Positions 56,544-64,000 of a stretch of DNA of 64,000 nt are shown one piece after another. How positions within the stretch are numbered: the stretch's first letter is position 1; each line of letters starts with the position of its first letter. The DNA is from a virus (lineage: Duplodnaviria; Caudoviricetes): IMG/VR virus record IMGVR_UViG_3300031993_000017, one strand, 5' to 3'. A model generated the notes under the pieces. That model made no database searches. It was not told where the DNA came from and saw only the letters and a program-made list of their open reading frames with translations. Made by a program: the position numbers and the translations under genes.

Positions 56544-58934
56544 CCTTAACCACCTCCACTTCATTATTTTTCAATATAACTTCATCTCCGACGGATAAAG
56601 TGTTTACCGTTTTCATGCCATTTGGTGTATAAACTTTGTCATATCTTCCAAGTGCTACTGTAATTTCAGATTCATCTTCAACACACGCTAGTACTTTATC
56701 CATAGGAGGTGTTGCTCTGAACATATGTCGAATATCTGTTGCATGTGATGGAATATTTTGCATATTCAAAAATATTTGTGGACTATATCTTCGATACCCT
56801 CAATCATAATTGACGAGTATTGTTCGGCATTTCGAAAAGTAAATAGTTACTTTCCTACTCCTTTATTGGATAGTCTCTGCACCTTACACAATTTTCGATA
56901 CAATGCATGAATTTTACCATGTCCACTGATTGTTGCTAAAGCAAGATTATGTATATCATTGTTCATTTTATCTCCATCAATGTGATGAACAATGAAACCT
57001 TTTGGAATCTCTGTAATACCAAGTGCTTGACACATTACAACACTGTGATAAAACACGTACCCAGATCCTGCCCTTCCTGTATACCAATCAGGCTTCAGAA
57101 CCATAAGATATCCATGTCCGTCTTCAACAAATTCCCTGTAGTTTGGATGTTGTTCTCTAGTCTTACCCGTCATTGGATTCTTATCACCAAGTTTTGATAG
57201 CGTATACAGTCTCGCTTTTCGTTTATCTTGATACTCTTTTGTAAAATTATCATCGAGTATCATTTTGTAGACATAGTATTCAATTTTCGCTTCTTTAACA
57301 ATATCTTCCTGTCTCATGTTGGTGTTTGCATACAATCCACACACCAATTGAATAAGTTCCTCATCAACAACCTTTTTAGTAGTTGATTTGTTTTTATGGT
57401 AAGCATGTATACCGTTTTCAAACATTACACGTCTTAGTGTATCCTCTTTAAGAGTAAACTTATTGCAGGTTTCTTCAACCGTGTGACCATTTTCAATGAA
57501 TGATCTGATTGCGGATATTGTTTCTTCATTAAATTGTATCTTACGCATATCATGTACCTCCAAAGGTAGATATATGTGTGTCTTGGCTCATGGTTATGCA
57601 ACTGCCCTTCCATGAGTTAACCGAATTTTATGACCCCAATATGCTTTCTTAGGGTCAGCAGATGAAAGCCTGCCCGTATTGGCCCCAATTTGTTTGAACT
57701 GTGCATGAATTCTACTATCGGATGTAGTAGCATTTGGCATCTTGTCAACAAATGTGCTGAGAAGTACTCCAATACTACGAACTTTCAGTATTTGATTTAC
57801 TACAGGAATGTTCAACTCTGCAAGTACGTCCTTGTCTGTACTCATCTTGCCGTCTCTATCTGGCGGAGTGTTCAACACAGTATAAATCAAATACTTGGTA
57901 TGAACAGGGGATTTAGGATTAAAATCTTTTCCGCTAAAAAATGGTTGCTTCACTTTAGAGGATTGAATATTTACGACATGTTCTTTTAAAACACCATCAA
58001 CCATTTCTGCCAGTCGAGCTTTTTCTGTGAGCTCTAATTCATGATATCTTGCCTGAACTACACTAGCAACATCCTTGTCAATGAATGCACCGATTCTGTG
58101 CATATTTTGACAAATTGGAATGAGTGGAATTTCTACATTCCACACAAGATCTGCAATTCTCTCCAGATGTGCTTTCTGGCACTTAGGAGACATCTTATCA
58201 AGATACTTGATTTCAAAGAGATACAATTCATAGGTAATCTTAGCATCGTTTGCTGCATACAGACCTGCAACTTCAGGTTTGCAGTAAGGGAACAGTTCTG
58301 GCGAGAAGAAATCACTAAACTTCTTAGGATCACCTTTTCCCTTCAGTACATATTTGTTATAAAGTTCCTTCAATCCATTCTTCAGTTCATTTTCTTTCAA
58401 GCATCTCCAGGCAAGAATTACATCAAAATAACACACCTTGTTCAAATCTACATGAAGGTCTTTGTAGATCATAGCTAAGTCGAAATCCGCATTAGCAAAA
58501 ACTAACTTAACATTGTTGTCTGCTAGTCGTTGAAATTCAGAAGAAACATCTTGATAACTTAACTGGTTCTTGTAAGGAACATCAAATATAGGAACAAGAT
58601 GCTTCATAGGAATGTATATCTCAGATTCACCTGGATAATACAATGAAGCTCCTACGATTGTATCTTTGATCCTATCCAGTCCTGTTGTCTCGGTATCTAT
58701 TCCAGCAATACCAAAATCAATCAATCGAGAAACATATTCATGAAGTTCTTCTTTAGTAGTGACTAGCCTAGCAGTAGAATCTTTGAAATATTCAACAACT
58801 TCTTTTGATATTTCGTTCAATTTATCTATTACACTGCTAGATTTCATAGATGATTTAGGCGGTTGCAGAGCAGAATTACTCTGCTCTGCAGCCTTGTTTA
58901 TCTTATCCATTTGGTCTATGCTGAATAAACCCAT
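56485..58934 (-). CDS. polA: Family A DNA polymerase, N-terminal part (exons 58934-57651 and 56766-56485; about 521 aa): 3'-5' exonuclease, thumb, Hint-like tail
   Basis: IDTETTGLD, ANADFDL, YAANDA, TGRLSSADP|NMQNIP. Confidence 0.85.
56767..57650 (-). mobile_element. Group I intron 1 of polA carrying an HNH endonuclease
   Basis: P1 GACCCU/GGGGUC, GAGACUA and AAGAUAUAGUCC elements, terminal G, junction ADP|NMQNIP. Confidence 0.9.
56847..57548 (-). CDS. Intron-encoded HNH homing endonuclease
   Basis: GYVFYHSVVM...VHHIDGDKMNNDIHNL...HGKIH; SD GGAGGT before MRKIQ. Confidence 0.85.
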   Translation of the reverse strand: MRKIQFNEETISAIRSFIENGHTVEETCNKFTLKEDTLRRVMFENGIHAYHKNKSTTKKVVDEELIQLVCGLYANTNMRQEDIVKEAKIEYYVYKMILDDNFTKEYQDKRKARLYTLSKLGDKNPMTGKTREQHPNYREFVEDGHGYLMVLKPDWYTGRAGSGYVFYHSVVMCQALGITEIPKGFIVHHIDGDKMNNDIHNLALATISGHGKIHALYRKLCKVQRLSNKGVGK

Positions 58935-58962
58935 CTAGATCACCTCCTCAAATTTGAAAGAC

Positions 58963-59688
58963 TCAGAAACTAACATCGGAATCATCGAGCTCTTCGTAAT
59001 CTCCAGGCTGATCCGCGTCATTACTGATTTCTACTGGAGTGGTTACGGGAGTAGAGGTAATCTGAGACGTAGGTGCAGGTGCAGAAGCTACTCCACGAGG
59101 TGTGATGTGGTACTGCGGCATCTCATAAGTTTCTGCTACAGCTTCTGAAGACGAAGCAGAAAGCAGGCGAGCTAAATCGGCAGATGTCATATCTTTGCAA
59201 ACATTGCTGTAATAGTCAGGCATCTTTGCATTGAACTTTGCAAGAATCTGATCATAACTACCTACAGTGTTTCTAGCAACTGCGGTAATTTCGTAAGTGG
59301 TGTTTACATCACCAGACACACCATGGCGAGTAATCCGGAATACATACTCAGAAGGATTCGGATAGCGGTCGAAAACCATCTGACGAAGGACATTGTTGAA
59401 ACGAACTGTTCTATCCCAGAACTGAATCTCGTCCGATCCGATAACATACATCGGAACAAATAACTTCTCCTGAATACGGAGTCCCTTCGCACAAGCAGGG
59501 CATCCAGGCTTCGTACAATGTACATATCCGGAATACTCATCAGATTTGATGTAGTGAGTGTCAGCAACTAGAACATCTTCCTCACTTTGATACAGAAAGA
59601 TAACATCTGCACTGTCTCCGTCATCGCTGAGGATGAACTTTCCACCATAACGCTCTTCGTTGTAGGTTTTGATTGATTTAAAAGCCAT
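58963..59688 (-). CDS. Single-stranded DNA-binding protein (gp32-like)
   Basis: HC...CPAC Zn motif, RITRHG...TTY, acidic tail DDSDVSF; upstream of polA. Confidence 0.7.
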   Translation of the reverse strand: MAFKSIKTYNEERYGGKFILSDDGDSADVIFLYQSEEDVLVADTHYIKSDEYSGYVHCTKPGCPACAKGLRIQEKLFVPMYVIGSDEIQFWDRTVRFNNVLRQMVFDRYPNPSEYVFRITRHGVSGDVNTTYEITAVARNTVGSYDQILAKFNAKMPDYYSNVCKDMTSADLARLLSASSSEAVAETYEMPQYHITPRGVASAPAPTSQITSTPVTTPVEISNDADQPGDYEELDDSDVSF

Positions 59689-59752
59689 AATCTTTGTTTC
59701 CTTTCTTGATAATGATATATGTGAATTGGCATTCCACACTATATTTAACGAT

Positions 59753-60163
59753 TCATCGTTTCCAAACAGCATATGATCCTGCACGTTCTTTTAAACGTAA
59801 TTCAACTAATACCAGATCAGGTCTGCATGTTTTCAATGTTTCTTGAATCTTGTTTGCACAATACTCACAGAGAGTTTCTGCACAAACATCTTTATCCAGA
59901 TAAACTACACAAACTGAATTTTCTGAAAGTACTCTAGCCATGTTCAGATGTAGATAATCTGAGTTCTGAAGGACAAATGCTTCATTCGGAACAGAACACT
60001 CTAGTATCTTTGTAAGATAGGAAAAATCTATCATCATGGGGTTAGTATTATCAGAAGAAATCGATGATATAGTAGCTTCTAGCATGTAGCGATAAACTTG
60101 AAACTTATTGGATGTATAGTAGCAACAACCAAAGTCATATCTTTGAACAATTGAGTCAATCAA
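59753..60163 (-). CDS. Divergent QueD/PTPS-like protein
   Basis: MMIDFSYL...AETLCEY...LVELRLKERAGSYAVW resembles QueD, but Zn-binding His residues are not evident. Confidence 0.5.
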   Translation of the reverse strand: MIDSIVQRYDFGCCYYTSNKFQVYRYMLEATISSISSDNTNPMMIDFSYLTKILECSVPNEAFVLQNSDYLHLNMARVLSENSVCVVYLDKDVCAETLCEYCANKIQETLKTCRPDLVLVELRLKERAGSYAVWKR

Positions 60164-60179
60164 CAGTAACCACCTCCTA

Positions 60180-60812
60180 TCAATCTAAATCATCTAAGAA
60201 TACAGAGAATGTATCAACAAGTAACTTCATCTTTTTCTTGCTTAAAGACTTCGGAAGTTTCTTGCCTTCTAATACAGAGTAGACAATTGACTTTACGTCG
60301 TCATCTAATCCTTCAATAGCTTCCCAAAACTCGTTGTCCATGAATGCCTGTTCCGGATCAGATATGCCATTGTCAGTAGATACAATAGTATCGAATAAAT
60401 CGAGTTCATCAGAATCTACTTTAACAATATTAGGAACGGTATTATTATAGTAAGCATTGACTCCAGTCTTTGCTTTTGCAATATCTACAGATTTGCAATA
60501 GATGCAGTTGTAACAAACACGATACACATATCCAGGAGTGTATCTTCTGCTATCGGATTTGATCTTATCTACATTTTTCTGCAGATATAAAAGAACCTCC
60601 GATACGCAATCTTCTTCAACAGCGCACGGAGTCTTAAGTCGATACCAAGCCAGCTGAACCTGATCAAAGAATACCACATATAAAGCAGCAGCTTTAAGAT
60701 CATCGTCAATGCCGACCCAATCGATGTATTCAATTTTCTGAAAATCGTAGATACTAGTTAACTGAGAATGGAACATGTCGTAAGTAAGCTGAAATTGATT
60801 TCTTTGATACAT
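60180..60812 (-). CDS. Phage RNA polymerase sigma factor (sigma-70 family; region 4.2 appears truncated)
   Basis: Region-2-like EDCVSEVLLYLQK...YVYRVCYNCI; region-3/4.1-like LDLFDTI...DPEQ...EAIEGLDDDVKSIV. Confidence 0.6.
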   Translation of the reverse strand: MYQRNQFQLTYDMFHSQLTSIYDFQKIEYIDWVGIDDDLKAAALYVVFFDQVQLAWYRLKTPCAVEEDCVSEVLLYLQKNVDKIKSDSRRYTPGYVYRVCYNCIYCKSVDIAKAKTGVNAYYNNTVPNIVKVDSDELDLFDTIVSTDNGISDPEQAFMDNEFWEAIEGLDDDVKSIVYSVLEGKKLPKSLSKKKMKLLVDTFSVFLDDLD

Positions 60813-60901
60813 ATTGATACCTCCGTTGATGTGCTTTGTTGAGTTAAGTGTATTCGAGTTACGTCGATGTCATATTGTATGTTGTACGAATTTACATTTT
60901 A

Positions 60902-60930
60902 ATTATATTATAAAAATACTAAAAAGTCAA
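60902..60930 (-). promoter_or_regulatory. Sigma-A type early promoter of the sigma factor gene
   Basis: TTGACT-17bp-TATAAT. Confidence 0.85.
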
Positions 60931-60955
60931 TACCAATTTTCCTAATTTCAAAAAT

Positions 60956-61951
60956 TTATGACCGATTTTTGTATAATTCGTCAAATTCTTCCTTAGTTAA
61001 ATCGTTTAGGTCTTTTCCATCAGGCATTTCGACAGTCCACACAATCGAACAGCTGCTCAATGCTTTCTGGAGTTTACGTGCAGCTCTTCTTCCTGCATCA
61101 TCACCGTCTGTACAGATAACAAATTCTTCTACGCCTAATTCTTTCAACTGTTGGATCTGATAAGAATTTCCCGTTCCAAGTAATGCAACGGCCTGGTATC
61201 CATATACTCGTGCAGTTAGTGCATTGATACAACTTTCGCATATCACAACAGGTTTTCCAGGCTGAACTCTGTCTATACCATAAACGGGTTTTGTTACACC
61301 TTCTGGATAGTTGTATAATTTCCCTTCGACAGACCTTCTACAGAAAAAGAGAGTTCTACCATATTTATCTCTTACAGGAAATGTGATACAAGGAACAGGT
61401 TTCTTTCGTCCAGGTGGAATCCAGTTGACATCAAATCCGATGTCATATTCTTCAATTATTTCATCAGTTAACTTTCTTTCATACATGTAAGGGACTGTGA
61501 ATCTGTATGAAGCAAGTTCTTCTTCAGATACATACTTTACAGGATTCTCCATCTGTTGAAGTCTAGAAACTGCAAAATTACCAATGGCTTGATCTAGCAG
61601 GTCTTTGGGGAGCAAATACTCGAATTCTATGTCCTCCACACTAAATCCAGGGACATTTTCTACTAACCAATCTCGCCCAGATCTGTCAATGTGATGGCGT
61701 TTTAAAAGTTCGGTTACAAACTCTTCCATAGTGTAAGCCGCACCGCATGTGAAACAATGACAGAATCCTTGTGGATAGTGTTGACCATTTCGGTATTCGT
61801 CATGAAGCGATATTCCACACGACGCTCTTCGTTCATTACCATCATTGTGAAAGGGACAATAAATAGAATACCAACCATTGATTGGTCTATTTAATCGCAC
61901 AAATTGATATTCACTTAGCTTTTCGAGGATAGCAGGAACATCCATTAGCAA
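60956..61951 (-). CDS. dnaG: DNA primase (CHC2 Zn finger plus TOPRIM)
   Basis: CPFHND...HCFTCG; ICES; TDGDDAG; KDLND. Confidence 0.9.
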   Translation of the reverse strand: MLMDVPAILEKLSEYQFVRLNRPINGWYSIYCPFHNDGNERRASCGISLHDEYRNGQHYPQGFCHCFTCGAAYTMEEFVTELLKRHHIDRSGRDWLVENVPGFSVEDIEFEYLLPKDLLDQAIGNFAVSRLQQMENPVKYVSEEELASYRFTVPYMYERKLTDEIIEEYDIGFDVNWIPPGRKKPVPCITFPVRDKYGRTLFFCRRSVEGKLYNYPEGVTKPVYGIDRVQPGKPVVICESCINALTARVYGYQAVALLGTGNSYQIQQLKELGVEEFVICTDGDDAGRRAARKLQKALSSCSIVWTVEMPDGKDLNDLTKEEFDELYKNRS

Positions 61952-61961
61952 CTCACACCTT

Positions 61962-62288
61962 TCAATCTAATTTTCCTTGTTGTTGAAGAATAAGCATAAC
62001 TGCACCTGACAAACCATTCACAGTGTCTATGGCCTGTTTATCATTAGTGTAATCTTCAGAATGATCAATGATGCTTTGTTGTTTCTCTTGAATTTTACTG
62101 ATTAGATCATCACCGTCAATGTATCTGGATTCTAACTCCATTAGTTTTTCAATCATGTAAACAACATATTCGGGAGGATTGTGAGCACCTTGTTCCCAGT
62201 TACTAATGTTATCAACTGGAATATGAAATTTCTGTCCGAACTTGGCCTGAGAAAGACCTGTTCTGCCTCTAAGTTCCTTAATTGTCAT
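61962..62288 (-). CDS. XRE-family HTH regulator
   Basis: IKELRGRTGLSQAKFG...ISNWEQG; SD GGAGGAG before MTIKEL. Confidence 0.85.
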   Translation of the reverse strand: MTIKELRGRTGLSQAKFGQKFHIPVDNISNWEQGAHNPPEYVVYMIEKLMELESRYIDGDDLISKIQEKQQSIIDHSEDYTNDKQAIDTVNGLSGAVMLILQQQGKLD

Positions 62289-62940
62289 TTTGATCTCCTC
62301 CATATTCAAACAAAAGCCCTTTAGCATGTTGCATGTTTTCAGATTGTGTGACCCACTCCAAATTTTCTACTAAGTTGTTAAGTTTGTTACCATCAATGTG
62401 ATTCACTTGTGGTTTATCAGATGGATTTGGAATGAATGCCAAAGCCACAAGTCGATGTACTAGATAAGTTTTAACTTGATTTTCTTTTGACAAGTTTACA
62501 TGATAGTATCCATCTCTTTGCAGTTCAGGTTCTAGTACACAAGACTTTCGAAATTTTTTGATACCACATTCATGAGAAATTCTATCTACACTTCGTATCT
62601 GACCTTGCACTGATGCTTGATATATTCCTTCATATCCAGGAATATATTTCCATTCGTCAGTATTCTCAACCGTATGAAATTCCGAAACAATTCCGATGTT
62701 GTTTAACTGACCATTTTCCTTGTTACCATCAATCGGATAGATGTTTGACAAATCAAATCCGAAAGCTTTTGCTACAATATCAAACACGTAAACGGTTTCA
62801 GTAGTTCCGTCTTTTCTGAGATACACCTGCCCTTGATAAGGCTTTAGAAATTTACCGGTTTTCTTGCTATGAACTAAACCTTGGTCGTTTACTTCATAAA
62901 ATTTTTCATATCCTATAACCGATCTCCATTCTTCTATCAT
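62278..62940 (-). CDS. Tandem NUMOD4-HNH endonuclease (first unit degenerate)
   Basis: Two EW..I.GYE..Y units; second has VHRLVA...VNHIDGNKLNN..NLEW. Confidence 0.88.
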   Translation of the reverse strand: MIEEWRSVIGYEKFYEVNDQGLVHSKKTGKFLKPYQGQVYLRKDGTTETVYVFDIVAKAFGFDLSNIYPIDGNKENGQLNNIGIVSEFHTVENTDEWKYIPGYEGIYQASVQGQIRSVDRISHECGIKKFRKSCVLEPELQRDGYYHVNLSKENQVKTYLVHRLVALAFIPNPSDKPQVNHIDGNKLNNLVENLEWVTQSENMQHAKGLLFEYGGDQNDN

Positions 62941-62952
62941 CTCAGCACCTCA

Positions 62953-64000
62953 TTAGAACTCGACATCATCATCTAAATCAAATTCATCTGTGCTTGCATG
63001 AGCAGGTGATGGATTGTTAGCTACGGTAGAAATAGACACATTAGGAGCGATGCTAGTAGGAGTTACATCATCACTGCCACCTGGAAGATACTGCATGTTT
63101 CCAGTATTTACATCCCAGGAGTAACTAAGGACGGGTTTTTGGTTGTTAGCACTTCTTGATTTCTCCAACCGAATGTCCAGGACATGTTTGTCAAAAATCT
63201 GACGAATTGCGAAAACCTGCGTTGCAATTCTTGCAGGGTGGTCGCTTCCTTCGACTTGATAAATGCCAGGAAACGGCTCACCTTTGTCATCTTTGCATTC
63301 GCGAGTTTCTCTGTTTGCTTGCATCGCAACAACTACTGCACACCCCATCTGCTTACTCAATCTAAACAGGTCAGTACACATGTTTTTGTACCGCTCATAG
63401 TCGGTGGTTGACTTCTTAGTATCAACCATGTAAGAAAGTCCATCAATGACAAGAAGTTTGATTCCGTGTCGCTTTACTAACTGACGCAAGTTGTTTACCG
63501 AAACAGATCCTTCCGATACATCTTTGTCCTCTAATACGAATGCACTTGTTGTTTCTTTGCTAAGTGCTTTGACATACTTCATGTAGTCATCTGTGTAGTT
63601 ACCTAAATGAAGCTGACTGTTCTGGAAATGGGATCTCCAAGTATCGAATCTTGTTCCTAAGAAACAAGCTTGCATTTCAGGTGAGTAATACAATACTGGA
63701 AATCCATGTGACTGAGCAGACTCCATCATCTTTGTACACACCCAGGACTTACCTGTGTTAGTTCTTGCAACGATTATAAGGAGTTCTTCAACTGTTGACA
63801 ATCCGCCGTACATGAGTTTATCAATTTCAGCGAACCCTGTAGGAATTCTTGATTGCATGTTGAATTGCTTGACCTGTTCGGCACGTTTATCAGCATCTGC
63901 TATCAAATCAAGCGGTTGGCTTGTATCTAATGACGAAGCTCTTTCACATTGATTCTCTAAATACGCCCAACAGGCATCAATATCATCAGAGCCTAAATTT
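62953..64000 (-). CDS. dnaB: Replicative DnaB-like helicase (5' end outside window)
   Basis: IPTGF, ARTNTGKS, SPEM, VIDGLSY, MQANR. Confidence 0.9.
   Translation of the reverse strand, partial: NLGSDDIDACWAYLENQCERASSLDTSQPLDLIADADKRAEQVKQFNMQSRIPTGFAEIDKLMYGGLSTVEELLIIVARTNTGKSWVCTKMMESAQSHGFPVLYYSPEMQACFLGTRFDTWRSHFQNSQLHLGNYTDDYMKYVKALSKETTSAFVLEDKDVSEGSVSVNNLRQLVKRHGIKLLVIDGLSYMVDTKKSTTDYERYKNMCTDLFRLSKQMGCAVVVAMQANRETRECKDDKGEPFPGIYQVEGSDHPARIATQVFAIRQIFDKHVLDIRLEKSRSANNQKPVLSYSWDVNTGNMQYLPGGSDDVTPTSIAPNVSISTVANNPSPAHASTDEFDLDDDVEF

Noticed and set aside
54276-58934. Fragmented polA as a pseudogene or as evidence of stop-codon reassignment
   Set aside because: Four breaks are explained exactly by group I introns; other genes are full length in the standard code and use TAA, TAG and TGA as stops
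1072-63952. The many short plus-strand ORFs in the track (other than tnpA and the 32880 tnpB)
   Set aside because: They overlap well-supported minus-strand genes and lack SD sites; treated as shadow ORFs

Overview
This window is a 64-kb segment of a large tailed dsDNA bacteriophage, most likely a myovirus of a low-GC Firmicute (GGAGGTG Shine-Dalgarno sites, perfect sigma-A promoters, standard genetic code). Almost all genes are on the minus strand. Reading in the direction of transcription (right to left) it contains: (1) a replication block with DnaB helicase, primase, a sigma factor that appears to lack region 4.2, SSB, a family-A DNA polymerase broken by four group I introns and apparently split into two cistrons, a beta clamp, a DnaX/delta/delta' clamp loader, RecA and TGT/DpdA-like and QueD-like genes; (2) a packaging/neck/tail block with an intein-bearing terminase, a degenerate NAD-ligase-like protein, portal, neck proteins and tail sheath; (3) small genes sharing an 'MKRYIxxS' N-terminal leader; (4) a tRNA cluster interleaved with several unexplained structured or tRNA-like RNAs; and (5) accessory genes, tail tube and tail fibre. 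Three TnpB genes are present. One lies in a complete IS605-type element and two lack recognisable transposon right ends. The most striking item is a protein-free omega-RNA copy (32421-32720) sitting inside a late promoter, next to an end-less TnpB. Its guide matches the reconstructed empty promoter allele, which suggests a domesticated RNA-guided nuclease. All calls are from visual reading of the sequence; no database searches or folding programs were run.
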